A DNA stretch of 64,000 nucleotides from the NCBI GenBank assembly GCA_002269645.1, contig NIVC01002620.1, positions 1 to 64,000 on the forward strand, in the 5' to 3' direction. The notes under the pieces were generated by a model. It was not told where the DNA came from. It saw only the letters and a program-made list of their open reading frames with translations, and did no database searches. Positions 42,395 to 56,884 of the stretch are shown piece after piece; within the stretch, counting starts at the first letter, position 1, and every line of letters starts with the position of its first letter. Position numbers and translations under genes: made by a program. Source of the DNA: Macrostomum lignano (Eukaryota).

Positions 42395-42625
42395 TCAGTT
42401 CCTTCTCTTGGCTTCGGCTTCCGTGTTCGTTGCCATGCCGTCTCCATGCGGACCCTCGGCTTTGTCATTGTCGTCCTCCTTATCGACACCATCGCCGGCC
42501 CAGCTGATTGACGCGCAGCGCAGCGCGGCGTGCATCAGCAGCCAGGCGACGAGGCTGGCCAGCATCAGGACGGTCAGAATGCCAGCTGATCTGTCAACGT
42601 CGAAGGTGGCACTTTTGCTGAGCAT
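42395..42625 (-). CDS. Possible small single-pass membrane protein or terminal exon, 76 aa
   Basis: GC-rich island; hydrophobic stretch AGILTVLMLASLVAWLLMHAAL followed by an acidic tail. No family recognised. Confidence 0.35.
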   Translation of the reverse strand: MLSKSATFDVDRSAGILTVLMLASLVAWLLMHAALRCASISWAGDGVDKEDDNDKAEGPHGDGMATNTEAEAKRRN

Positions 42626-42753
42626 GCTGCCTACACAGAGTGGCCTTGTGTCATGATAGCTCGGTAATTTTTGGCTCTGATTTTGAGTCTTGCTCTTTCA
42701 GCCTCACCGCTGCGCCATAGACAGTTGAAATAGCAGCTGGAGTGAATTGAATA

Positions 42754-43222
<469 letters not shown>

Positions 43223-43445
43223 ATATTTCAATTCGCAACACACTACTGCGTAGTCAACCAGTGCGACTGCTTGTAAACACTGCAATAACAGCGGCAGTTT
43301 TGACCACAGATTTACGCTTACAAGACAAAGAAATAATTTCAATGAACAAAGCGAAAAATCAGGGAGCACGACTATCGTCACGACTAGCGTAAAATAACTT
43401 AAAGTTTGACTTTTATTTTATCTAGACTTGAGCACTGCTCACGTC

Positions 43446-45938
43446 ATGAACTCACAGTCAGTTCAGAAGCAGCTATTCTGCAGACCTCTGTCAGAGCTGC
43501 ACTGGAAGCCAGAATTCTCGAACTACTTGAGCCAGATGTTCTAGCCACTTGTCGCCTGGTGAACAGCCAATGGCGCGACTCTGTTGACGGTCTCGACGGT
43601 CTGTGGAGCGGTCTGGCTCGTCGGATTGGAGTTGCGCACAGCAGTGGAGCCTCCGATGCCCAGGAAGGCGCTGGCAAGTTGGCCAGAATTCGCCTATTGC
43701 TGACTGAAAGAAACAACTGGCTTGGCTACGACCTTTGCCCCACCGTTGTTGATGACAAGCTGAAAGACAAGTTTCGTCCATCTCTGAATGATTTACAGCT
43801 GGTTAATGTTGTGAGTCTCTGCTGCTCAGCTCTTTAGCATGAACTAGTTGGAGTTCAGTGTGAACTAGTTGGAGTTCAGTGTGAACTAGTTGAAGTTCAT
43901 TGTGAACTAGTTGGAGTTCAGTGTGAACTAATTGAAGTTCAGTGTGAACTAATTGAAGTTCATTGTGAACTAGTTGGAGTTTAGTGTGAACTAGTTGAAG
44001 TTCAGTGTGAACTAGTTAGAGTTCATTGTGAACTAGTTGGAGTTCCGTGTGAACTAGTTGAAGTTGATTGTGAACTAGTTGGAGTTCAGTATGAACTAGT
44101 TGGAGTTCAGTGTGAACTAGTTGGAGTTCACTGTGAACTAGTTGGAGTTCAGTGTGAACTAGTTGAAGTTCAGTGTGAACTAGTTGGAGTTCAGTGTGAA
44201 CTAGTTGGAGTTCAGTGTGAACTAGTTGGAGTTCAGTGTGAACTAGTTGGAGTTCAGTGTGAACTAGTTGGAGTTCAGTGTGAAGTAGTTATGCTGCACA
44301 TAGTTGTGTTTCATGGAATCAGTGCAGTAAAAATTTTTTTCATTTCCTGATCAGAGTTGCGCAACACAGCTCGGCTCACGCAATTTTCACGGCTGCTGGC
44401 TCAAGGTGACGGCATTCGATGCGGCTTCTGCCAAGTACCACTCATGGCGACTGCAAAGCAGCACCAATTTCAGTGTTTGGAGCTTCTTTGACTACAGCTG
44501 CAGCGGCACCGTCTCTGAGAGAACAGTCTGCGAGTGGACAGCGCTGCTGCAGGTCGGTGTGACATCCTGGAAGCGAGACATCGGCACGGATATCAACGAA
44601 TTTCTCTAATTCATGCACCGTTCGCAGCGCAGAGACGATTTTCTGCGGAATCTGGAGGACAGAGCGTGGCACCGGACCAGTCTGCTACCCGTGGAGCTGG
44701 AAAACGTCCCGTCGGACATCTTGAACGGTTGGAAGTCTTTGTACACACGGACGAAAGACTTGATGACTAAGCTGTTTAAATTTGCGGAAGAGAAATCGAA
44801 TGAGCCAGATGAAATGTACAGTAGAAGACGTGTGCCCGATGACTCACTTAATGTGTACATGGTTGCACCGCTTGCGAGAACCGAGTCAGGAATTTTGAGA
44901 CCGCAGTGCCTCATTGTGCTACCCTGTGGCGCCGAAGTTTGTGCAGTTGCCACGTGCAAGTGTCAATCCTGCACAGATAGGCAGCTTCTGCTGCTCAGCA
45001 CAGAATGGCAGCTTGATCTGTACAATCTGCCAAACAATGCCGACGAGCCGGTCATCCTGTCACCCGTGTCAACTGTGGAACTCCATGTCAATAACCGCTC
45101 TTACTGGTCTTCTATTCCTACAGCGAAGCTGACTCCCGTAAATAGCAACCAACAACAGCACTTCGTGATTTCATTTTTCAACTCGAAAAGCAATTACACG
45201 TATGATGTTAGCGATGATAGCCTTCGAAAATTTATATTTTTGGCCAGCTGCGACTGCTGCAAAGTTGACATAGTTAGAAGGATTGAAATTCCGCCACCTC
45301 TTGTGCTGGTCAACTCAACGATAAGGCGCTGCGACAGCTTTCTGCTAGCCAGAGAGGCGGACCTGACTCGATCTAGCGGCAAACTTCTGCTTCTCCGCTT
45401 GGCAGACGTCACCGTAGATACCGAGGCGACCTTCACAAAGTCGTCCAGTTTCGTAGAGTACAACGTCGTGACTAAACTATTGCCGAATATGAAGAACTTG
45501 GCAGCTGAATTTGACCGAGGCAGCGCATTCTGGTATCTGCTGAGTCGTTTGGACAGGACTGAGGCTGAGGATTTGACGCTGGTCATCTACCGAATTGGCT
45601 GTCCGCAGCCGCTCGCGCTGGCCCGTCTCGACAGTCTGCGGACAAATATTGGCGTCTTTGACAACACTGAAACCACGCTGATGCTCACCAGGCGCCACCG
45701 AGGCCCCAGGTGGATTTCTACCGCTTCGTGTCGGTGGATGGACAGCGAGCTTGACTGCGGCAGGCGTTCGGTGCCCCTGCTTGCAATGTGCTACGATAAT
45801 GGCATCCGATTGCTGTTTTCCTGGCTCTTCGAGAAGCAAACCAGCACACTGGGCGGTGCGGGACGGACTGCACGGTTGAAGATTTCTGCTTTGCATTGCT
45901 TGAAAGACTGGCCTTGGCTCAGATGGCGAACTGACTGA
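43446..45938 (+). CDS. F-box protein, probably 3 exons
   Basis: Exon 1 43446-43810 gives F-box-like LSEL[P]LEARILELLEPDVLATCRLVNSQW if one C is restored at 43500, with donor GTGAGT at 43811. Exon 2 starts at the CAG acceptor 44355 in phase 0. A probable 75-nt intron at 44553-44627 removes the in-frame TAA at 44607-44609. The long 3' exon ends at TGA 45938. Confidence 0.65.
43840..44290. repeat. 21-bp minisatellite (GTGAACTAGTTGGAGTTCAGT) in F-box intron 1
   Basis: About 21 units; each unit is self-complementary (TGAACT...AGTTCA). Confidence 0.97.
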
Positions 45939-46134
45939 TTCAATTGGCCTAAGAGTGCACTGTGAATTTTTTTGTTACGTGTAAATACAAAATACTATAA
46001 TTGACGTGCTCAGTCAGTCAGGCGTTCTTTAAATGAAAGAGCAGGTTTATCAACTTTCCGAAGACAGTTTCCAGCGCTTTTTATTTGCGTATTTTATTTG
46101 AGCTCTACTAAAAGTAGTGCGTTCATATTCTCAC

Positions 46135-46485
46135 CTCTCACCTGCACATCGATCAGGGAAATGCCCTGGCTCATGATAATCGATCAGGTAAATCCCATCC
46201 CTCATGATAATCGATTAGGGAAATCCCCTCTCTCATGATAATCGATCAGGGAAATCCCCTCTCACCTGCACATCGATCAGGGAAATCTCCTAGCTCATGA
46301 TAATCGATCAGGGAAATCCCATCCCTCATGAAAATCGATCCGGGAAATCCCCTTTTACTTGCACATTAATCAGGAAAATCCCCTCCCACCTGTACATTGA
46401 TCAGGGAAATCCCCTCTTACCTGCAGATCGACCAGGGAAATCCCCTCTTACCTGCAGATCGACCAGGGAAATCCTCGCTCATCTT
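46135..46485. repeat. Degenerate ~33-bp repeat (ATCGATCAGGGAAATCCCCTCT...)
   Basis: Direct reading. Confidence 0.88.
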
Positions 46486-47144
46486 TGGGGAATTCGAATC
46501 AAAATAAATTTTGCATTAAATTAATTGAAATCAAATCTATCAGGGAATAATTCAGTTTATTGACACGTTGATTTCTGTTCTGTCCTAGAAACGCTAAAAG
46601 ATTTATTGATTAATTAATAGCAATCTCTGTATGAAAAATCTTCAAAAGTGTTCGATCAGTTTAATGCAAAGCTGACTTTAATCTGTTGCAGTCAGGTAGC
46701 GAAAATATAGTGAGTGAAGGAGGGAGGCTGTTATGCAGCGAACGGTGTTCTCTATCAAGACATGGTGTTATGCAGGAGTGTTCAAATGCAAGTAAACGTT
46801 ATTATTAATCAATCACAATTTAGGAGTGCATTCTTTATTCATGTTTAAAAAATAATTTTACAACTAGGCAACAAATTTAAAAGCATTGAAATGAAAAAGC
46901 GATATGATAAACTGAATTCTAGGAATGAGGGCATTTAGCAGTGGTGTCTATAAATAACTTTTGGTAAAGATCCTGGATGTTGAATGCTATAATTATTTGG
47001 AAGAATGATGGCAGTGTGCACAGAGACAGTCAACACAAGTTGAACGGCGATTCATGTCTTCATCCTGGTTAATCACATTTAAAAGATTAATTCAATTTTG
47101 ATTGTTGCAAGCAGAATAGAGAGGCAAATAAAGGCACCATATCT

Positions 47145-48165
47145 ACTGTCTAACAGGTGTGTGACACTGTCCTGTCTAACAGGTGTGTGACACTGTCCTG
47201 TCTAACAGGTGTGTCACACTGTCCTGTCTAACAGGTGTGTGACACTGTCCTGTCTAACAGGTGTGTGACACTGTCCTGTCTAACAGGTGTGTAACACTAT
47301 CCTGTCTAACAGGTGACACTATCCTGTCTAACAGGTGTGTGACACTGTCCTGTCTAACAGGTGTGTGACACTGTCCTGTCTAACAGGTGTGTGACACTGT
47401 CCTGTCTAACAGGTGACACTGTCCTGTCTAACAGGTGTGTGACACTGTCCTGTCTAACAGGTGTGTGACACTGTCCTGTCTAACAGGTGTGTGACACTGT
47501 CCTGTCTAACAGGTGTGTGACACTGTCCTGTCTAACAGGTGTGAGACACTGTCCTGTCTAACAGGTGTGTGACACTGTCCTGTCTAACAGGTGTGTGACA
47601 CTGTCCTGTCTAACAGGTGTGTAACACTATCCTGTCTAACAGGTGACACTATCCTGTCTAACAGGTGTGTGACACTGTCCTGTCTAACAGGTGTGTGACA
47701 CTGTCCTGTCTAACAGGTGTGTGACACTGTCCTGTCTAACAGGTGTGTGACACTGTCCTGTCTAACAGGTGACACTGTCCTGTCTAACAGGTGTGTGACA
47801 CTGTCCTGTCTAACAGGTGTGTGACACTGTCCTGTCTAACAGGTGTGTGACACTGTCCTGTCTAACAGGTGTGAGACACTGTCCTGTCTAACAGGTGTGT
47901 GACACTGTCCTGTCTAACAGGTGACACTATCCTGTCTAACAGGTGACACTATCCTGTCTAACAGGTGACACTATCCTGTCTAACAGGTGACACTATCCTG
48001 TCTAACAGGTGTGACACTGTCCTGTCTAACAGGTGTGTGACACTGTCCTGTCTAACAGGTGTGTGACACTGTCCTGTCTAACAGGTGTGTGACACTGTCC
48101 TGTCTTAACAGGTGTGTGACACTGTCCTGTCTAACAGGTGACACTATCCTGTCTAACAGATGACA
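47145..48165. repeat. 26/22-bp minisatellite (CTGTCCTGTCTAACAGGTGTGTGACA) with a 330-bp higher-order duplication
   Basis: Variant GTAACACTATCC recurs at 47291 and 47621. Confidence 0.96.
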
Positions 48166-48246
48166 CCTTTACAAAAATTGTCAAGACAGTCAAACCATAA
48201 AAACTAACAGTCTTTTATCACAAAAACATTCAGTTTACAATTAAAT

Positions 48247-49530
48247 TCAATTTCGATCCAGTTGATGACGAGCTCCAGAATCTTTGATCGCCTCCCCTCC
48301 GGCGGCTGGGCCTTTCCTGCGACTCTCGCCCGTCTTGAACTCGAGCGGCATGAGCAGTGGAGCTGAGTGCCGGTGGGACTGATCCTCCAGCTTAGTCTGA
48401 CCCAGCGGGCCTCTCAAATTGTTAACAGATCTCGTAATCGATTGTTGACAATCGCTGTTGCCAAGGAGACGCGATTCGACAGTCGATTGCGGAGTGACGG
48501 ACAGCTGCAGCTCCGGCCAGGTGAGGAATTTTCTAATCGAATTGGCGCCGTTTGCACTTGTGGCATCCCCGCTGGTAGCAACCAGACCGGCTGAACCGCC
48601 GCTGAGCAACGGCAGGTGGTGGCTGGCTTGCCGACGGTAGGAGCTCGGCGGCGACGACTCAGCGACTGTCGGAAGCGACGGCAGCGTCGTGTGCGACAGT
48701 CGCGGCGTCGAAGAGCACGGCCCCGACGATTTTGCGGGCGCCATTGCAATCTGAGGAAGTCGAGACGAAGACATGAACGGCGCTTGCGGCTTGAGAGCTC
48801 AGGGTTTAGGCGTGAAATACGGAAATTTAGGTAGCAATTGAGCTGCATAATTCTTCATTGGCCAATGACCATATATGTAATGAAGCTGAGGCTGGGTTGG
48901 GATGGAGAGCCAATGCGGGAATTGCTGGAGAAAATACATCCACTTTATCTGCAAATCCCCCAGCTTTTCCCCCGCACTGGTTGCCTCCATCCCCCTCTGC
49001 TTAACTCTTTACCTTCATCTGTCTTCTATTTGTGCTCCTCAGTGTCCTTTTTACAGTCTCCCAGAACCCAATGTCTATTCTCTCCTCTCCTCTCTCTCTC
49101 CTCTCTCGCCTCTCTCCCCTCTCTCCCCTCTCTCCCCTCTCTCGCCTCTCTCCCCTCTCTCGCCTCTCTCCCCTCTCTCGCCTCTCTCCCCTCTCTCTCC
49201 TCTCTCCCCTCTCCCCTCTCTCCTCTCTCTCTCTCTCCTTACCCTCTCTCCCCTCTCAACCTCTTCCGTCTCCCTGTCCCCCAGGTCCACTTTATCATTT
49301 CCTTCTCTTCCTATGCTTCATTTTCAATGGTGAGTTTCTTCTTCCCCACTTCTCAGTAATTCTGCAAATTTCCACACCCTTCTCAGTCACCATCAGTCTG
49401 TTTCTCATTATCAATATTGCGGACTCACCGTCATCCTCCCAAGCCTTTGAAGGGCTACGCCAATAGCCAATTAGGTAACTCATGTCTTCAAAGGGCTTAG
49501 CCTGAATGCTGATAGCTTCACCTCTGAGCC
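48247..49530 (-). CDS. Unresolved gene fragments: probable exon ~49536-49425 and Ser-rich terminal exon ~48750-48247
   Basis: GC-rich Ser/Pro-rich ORF preceded by a CTTCCTCAG acceptor; an upstream segment bounded by CATTCAG and GAC G|GTGAGT. I could not join the exons convincingly. Confidence 0.35.
49075..49270. repeat. Polypyrimidine (CT/CCT)-rich tract
   Basis: Direct reading; a similar tract lies at 51290-51450. Confidence 0.93.
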
Positions 49531-49904
49531 GCTGAATGTTGAAGGATAAAGACAATAAACTGATGTTTGGGACAATCCCTAAAGCTGTTAATTCCTCTCT
49601 TCAATACTGACCGCTCCCGCACGCCCGCCCGCCCACTTCATCGGATTTTGGCGCCATCAGTGCAAAACGTTGGATGCCTGTTTTGGCAGTGCAGAAATTT
49701 TCATCTGCCCGCATCATGCAGCGGTGAGACTGGGCTTGCCTTCACTGACTGCCATCATTTTGGCACACTGCGGGTTTATTGCTGTTTAATACTTTTGTGC
49801 ATTCTTGCCTATCTATCTCTTCCCTCTTCATCCTCCCTATCCTCTCTCCCCTCTATCTTCTCACTCCTCTCTACCCTCTATCCTCTCACCCCTCTCACCC
49901 ATCT

Positions 49905-50640
<736 letters not shown>

Positions 50641-51999
50641 TTATCCATCATCATCTTGCACTTTGGCAGAAAGCATCCCTGACCCCAGATCCGCCCTCAA
50701 ATGCACCAGAACTCAGAAACTGAGTAAGCTGTGAAGATGTTCTCTAAACACGGACCCTGGTAATTTCTCAATCTCAGCAGTGCCCCACGTCACTGTACCG
50801 CTGCTGTCTCACCCCTCTAACACGGCTGGCGGTGCAAGTTCAGTTCACATCGCGTGCTACAATCCATTCACGGAGCAGTCTGACTAAACCGGACACCCGA
50901 CTGCATCAAAAGATTGATCACTGTTCTCTCAACCTCAGCTCACACAGCCAGTTATTCAATAGCGCTTTTTGAAGATGCGTAGGCCTTGCAAAGCTTTTGA
51001 TTGAATCTTCCTTTGTAAAAAGTCTGGCAAAAGATGAAATGCAATATTGCAAGATTGTAAATCACAAGGAGAAACAACGGATGTAAGACATGGCCACATG
51101 TGTATTGATGCTGAAGCATGGTCACAGTCCATAGGAAATCAGATATCCTTTCTAGAACTGATTTTTTGTTACTTCTCCCGGATTGGGGATTTATATATGT
51201 TGGAGATAAAATTCTGGCTTGTGGAAGTCCTGGATCAACGACTTTTGTGTAGGAAAGCGGTGTAGTTCACGATGTTAGAGCGGAGATGTCTCTCACCTCT
51301 CTCCTCCTTCCTTCCCCCCTCTTTCCACGCTCCCCTGTCTCCCATCTCCCTTCTCTCCCCTCTCTTCCCTAGCTCTCCCCTCTCTCTCTCTCGCCTCTCT
51401 CATCCCCTTCTCCGCTCTCTACCCTCTCTCTCTCTCCTCTTTCCCGTCTCTCCCCTGCACTATCAATTTAAAATGCAATTCATGGTAAGCAGTGATTTTT
51501 CCAAGGTGAACGTCTGTTCAATGGTAGAACGAACGAAGGTAGATTAAGATTAACTCAATGATAAATTGTCAGCAGTCCCAGTGCGTGACAACGATTGTCT
51601 GGCGAGCGCCCCCTTGACCCCGCTTTCCCTGTTACGCTGCTTCTATGTTTAAGTGGTGGATACATCACTTATTCCCCGTTAATACCAAGTGTCTAGGGCA
51701 AAAATTGTCCTATTGATTGAGCTCACTCTGGAGGTGTGTGACATGCTTATTTGACTCTGCGTGCTATGGCTGATTTAGTCTATGGCTAAACTTCATGGTC
51801 TATGCAGGTTTTAAAATGGAATCGAATATGATTGAGATTCATGAAGGCTTCCTAGTGCGTCGTCTATGTCAATGATGCACTCGTTGGCGTTCAGCAATCT
51901 TTATAATCGTGCGTGCGATTTTCTCAATTTGAACCACAGAAATCACCAGTTCGATCAGAAACCTGTGCTTCGGGTATAAAGGTACTAGAAAGAGGCTAC

Positions 52000-52180
52000 C
52001 TAGCAAGCAATAGCAATAGCAAGCATCCACCCAGATAGCAAGCATCCACCCAGATAGCAAGCATCCTGCAGATAGCAAGCATCCCTCAGATAGAAGCATC
52101 TACCCAGATAGCAAGCATCCACCCAGATAGATGCTTGCTATCTGGGTGGATGCTTGCTATCTGGGTGGATGCTTGCTGTC
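52000..52180. repeat. 20-bp array (GATAGCAAGCATCCACCCA) with an abrupt orientation switch (fold-back)
   Basis: Direct copies up to 52130, inverted copies at 52131-52177. Confidence 0.93.
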
Positions 52181-53389
52181 TTGGGATGTTAAATGACCGG
52201 CCTTTTGCTAGAGTCCCTTGAGAGAGCAGGGACTCTAGCAAGCATCCCTGGATAGAAACACTCCCATACATGTACTCGTAGATACATGCAGCCAGTACCC
52301 CTTCTCCCAAATAGCAAGTACCCCCCCTCAAGAGAGAAATCTTAGTAAAAATTGTTAAAATCTATTTCAAAAAATGTCTTAGTCAAAATCGATTGTTAAC
52401 TGTTCAATATTGATTCGGAGTTGTCAAAAATGAAGCGGACTTTTCGGGTACACAAACCATAGAGTGTCAGTTTTGAAGCAACTCTGTCAAAATAGAATCG
52501 GACTTTGCAGCCCAACCAGTCAGGCTATTTTAGTCTGTGTGTAAAGGATAGAGAAAAATAAATTTTATCAATACTTGTAGATCCAAAAAGCAAAGTCAGA
52601 ATAAGCTGATTTTGCACAGCTCACTTCAGCTCCGTTCAGGCTTTCATTGGATTACTTTGTTACCGAATTCTCCCAGGAGAAGTTGACTATACGTGCATTG
52701 TCAAAATTGAACCAGAGTTTGTCAAAAATGAAGCTTGATCTGTCAATATTGATTGTAGATTTTGAGTGCCCGACCATAGAGTGTCAATATTGAAGAGGAG
52801 TTTGTCAGTTTCGAGGTTCTCCTTGTTCAAAATAGAGGGTAAAATGGTGTAGTCTGCGCTTCAAAAGTTCAAATGCACATTGATCGAACGTGTGTTTCAA
52901 AAAGTCATGCGCATCAAGACTTACCGCATTTCTTACTGAATCGTAAATACTGAAACTCAATCAGCTTATGCAGTCAGTGTAGCGGAGCTACTGGTTCACA
53001 AAACAATGGGAAAGCAGTTGAGGCAGAAAATCTGATTTATTAATTTAAACGCAACCGAAAGCGACGCATCCTGACGGTCAGTGCGTCATCGATTGGATCG
53101 CACGTCTGCTTGAAGTCTGTTAAAAAGTGCATCAATAATAATTGATCAATTAACAAAGATCAAGTACTGAGGGAAACACACATACCTACCCATGCTCATA
53201 GAATGGTAAGAGGCGTGGATGACAAAAGTAGAAATGTACGTGTGTAGATTGTGGTAGAGAGGTAGAGGTGTAGATTTAGGGTAGAGTTAGATTGGAGCTT
53301 AATTAAAGAGGCAGATTAGGGTAGAGAGGTTGTTGCTGTTGTTTCTATTAACCCTCGCTGGGGTCATGCTGAACGGGCAGCATCAGAAA

Positions 53390-53970
53390 CTCTGCGACTT
53401 CACGTGGGAATTGCGTCAAAGGTCGGAAGGCTCCAGTTCAGTGGGATGAGCAGGGCAGTTGAGGCCGGCAGGTCGGTAGCGGACGCGGTCGGTCGCGGTG
53501 CAATCAGTAATGCTCCGGGTAGCTGAATTTTGAACCGCCTGGAGCTAGCTGGAGATGACCGGACCTCGGACAGGTGAGGCGTAGCTAATAAGACTGCGCG
53601 AGATGATCTTGTAATGTTCAGCAGTAGCTCTTTGCAGCTGCTTCCTGCCAGGCACCGAAGGACGCGATTGCGCTTGCCAGCCTTCACGGAAGTCGCCAAG
53701 ATTTGGCGATTGGCGGTTTAACATTAACTTGGAATCGAAGATGACCCCCTCACGAGTTTAGGAGAGCACCCGAGTGAGTCTGACACCCTCGGGCACCCCC
53801 ATGCGGACTTGCAGTCGCGCAGCACGGTGCGGGCTTCACGTCCGAGCAGATGATTGCAAAGACAGCCTTTGATGAGATTCGGCAGGTCGAAGTTAATAAT
53901 ATCGGTAAGAAGCTCACAATGAGCGAATGAGCTGCCACTCTCCCAACCCGGATGGAATGGTAGATTGGGG
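53390..53970 (-). mobile_element. Decayed LINE reverse-transcriptase fragment (I/Nimb-like)
   Basis: LLTDIINFDLPNLIKGCLCNHLLGREART..SAWGCPRVS resembles the region leading to the RT 'GVPQGS' motif; KRNRVLRCLAGSSCKELLL..RAVL resembles the post-RT 'LR.LAG.SWG..KE.LL' motif. Internally deleted and frameshifted. Confidence 0.65.
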
Positions 53971-54434
53971 CAGACATACAGGTTACCAGTTTTGATTATA
54001 ATATGAGCTAAAGCTGGGGAAGCTAAAGAATGGATGCAGGACCTCGTGAATTCACTACTAGTGTGAGGAACACACACACACACACACACACATGTAATTT
54101 TGAATCGAATGCATTGAATTTCAGACAGTTCTGACAAAAATTAACCAAATTATTACGAAGGATTCTGCACTCAATCTATTCAATATTAATCTATGGGAGA
54201 GGATTGAGGGTATTATTAAATTCATCAAACTTATAACGTTGCTTTGGATGGATGCGTGGGCGAATTCAAAGGGGAGACTGCAGCAAGTGCAGAGCAGAGC
54301 AATAATATAGTGGACTTTTGTTCCACTCTCCCAACTGTTTCCACCTCACTTCCCTTTGATGCTTTGCGACTCTTGAACAGTGGGTTCGCTCTCGTTAAAG
54401 GGTTTTTACTCATAATGTTGGCTGGGTTGATTGG

Positions 54435-54834
54435 CTAACTAACAAACAAGCTAACTAACAAGCTAACTAACTAACTGACTAGCTAACTAACTAACTAACT
54501 AACTACCAAGCTAACTAACTAACTAACTGACTAACTAGCTAACTAACTAGCTAACTGACTAACTAGCTAACTAACTAGCTAACAAATTAACTAACTAATT
54601 AACTAACTAGCTAACTATAGCTAACTAGCTAACTTACTAACTAGCTAACTAACTAGCTAACAAGTTAACTAACTAATTAACTAACTAGCTAACTATAGCT
54701 AACTAGCTAACTTACTAACTAACTGACTAACTACCAAGCTAACTAACTAACCAACTAACTAACTAACTAGCTATCTAACTATCTAGCTAGCTAACTAACT
54801 AGCTAACTAACTAACTAGCTAACTAGCTAACTAG

Positions 54835-54873
<39 letters not shown>

Positions 54874-54874
54874 G

Positions 54875-54909
<35 letters not shown>

Positions 54910-54915
54910 GCTATT

Positions 54916-54965
<50 letters not shown>

Positions 54966-54998
54966 GCTATTTAACTAACTAACTAACTAACTAACTAG

Positions 54999-55057
<59 letters not shown>

Positions 55058-55058
55058 G

Positions 55059-55100
<42 letters not shown>

Positions 55101-55101
55101 G

Positions 55102-55153
<52 letters not shown>

Positions 55154-55159
55154 GCTATT

Positions 55160-55217
<58 letters not shown>

Positions 55218-55250
55218 GCTATTTAACTAACTAACTAACTAACTAACTAG

Positions 55251-55285
<35 letters not shown>

Positions 55286-55291
55286 GCTATT

Positions 55292-55349
<58 letters not shown>

Positions 55350-55355
55350 GCTATT

Positions 55356-55394
<39 letters not shown>

Positions 55395-55430
55395 ATAACT
55401 AACTAACTAACTAACTAACTAGCTAACTAA
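54435..55430. repeat. (CTAA)n / (CTAG) microsatellite, ~1 kb
   Basis: Direct reading. Confidence 0.97.
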
Positions 55431-56214
55431 CACCAAACCCCCGCAGTCCCCATAAATTTGCTGCTCAGAGTTTTGGAGAAAAAAAGAGAAAAAAACGAAA
55501 AACGAATACACACAGAAATGTAGAGCCTTTCTCTTACTAAAGTTGTCATCTATATATAATTTATCAAGTGGTATTTGATTGATAGCAAGCTTGAAAGGAG
55601 TCAATAGCATAACAATCACGCGATAGGTACGGGATAGTGGAAAATTAATTTATTGGTTTAATAAATTTATACTTTTTGGGGTAGAAAAACTGTCGCAAAA
55701 GGTAAGAGAATCCTTATACATAAAATCGCATAGCAACAACAAAATACTTTGCAGAATAAACAGTACTCAATAATTAAGGTAAATAAAGGTTTTAAAAACG
55801 CATTTTGGAAGAGATCGATTGGTGCTTTATTAATCTATATAACTAAAACTGGGTCAGTTAATGGCAGAAAAACCAATATAAAAAAATTTCGTCGCTGCCT
55901 ACTACCAAACGATAGTAAAAGTAGCAATATAAGCATTTTAATGACCTCGGAAAAAAAGGGTATAGATAATGTAAAAATGTGAAGTTACAGCTGTGTAAAT
56001 AATTATATTTATAGCCGAACAAATTGTTTCTCAAAATTATACTTAACAATAAGCTGATTCTAATTACAGAGACCTGTCAAAGTTGCTCTGTAGCAAGAAA
56101 AAACCTAAAAAATATTCTGCTAGATTGAGCAGACCAGAAATGAATACCTGCAGCTGTTTCTTAAAGATACTTTGAATCTATGATATATCTCTATTAGATC
56201 CATCCCGATCTCCA

Positions 56215-56660
56215 TCAGGATCTCTAGATCTATCACGATCTCTAATAGATCTATCACGATCTCTAATAGATCTATCACGATCTCTAATAGATCTATCACG
56301 ATCTCTAATAGATCTATCACGATCTCTAATAGATCTATCACGATCTCTAATAGATCTATCACGATATCTAATAGATCTATCACGATCTCTAATAGATCTA
56401 TCACGATCTCTAATAGATCTATCACGATATCTAATAGATCTATCACGATATCTAATAGATCTATCACGATCTCTAATAAATCAATCACGATCTCTAATAG
56501 ATCTTTGGGATCTCTCATAGATCTTCGGAATCTCTAATAGACCTATCAAATCTCTAATAGACCTATTACGATCTCTAATAAAACTAACACGATCTCTAAT
56601 AGATTTTTGGGATCTCTAATAGACCTTCGGGATCTCTAATAGATTTTCGGGATCTTTAAT
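56215..56660. repeat. 21-bp minisatellite (ATCTCTAATAGATCTATCACG) downstream of flotillin
   Basis: Direct reading; source of the spurious 'LLEIVID' ORF. Confidence 0.95.
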
Positions 56661-56884
56661 GGATTTGTCACAATCTCTTGTAGATTTATTAACTATATAG
56701 CTGTTTACTGCAGAGCTATTCAAGATCTATAAGAAGCTACTAATAAAATTACGCAATAAAACAAAGAGGATTATAATTGGGCAGCGTTTATCATACCAGT
56801 AGGGATAAATCGATAAAAATTGGCGTTAATTTTAAAAACTTTGGGCTACCAAGAGAGAAAGAAACCGATTGTCAATCAATAAAT

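Noticed and set aside
54435-55430. (CTAA)n as interstitial telomeric repeat
   Set aside because: The unit is the tetramer TTAG, not TTAGGG or TTAGG, and it is mixed with CTAG variants; an ordinary microsatellite.
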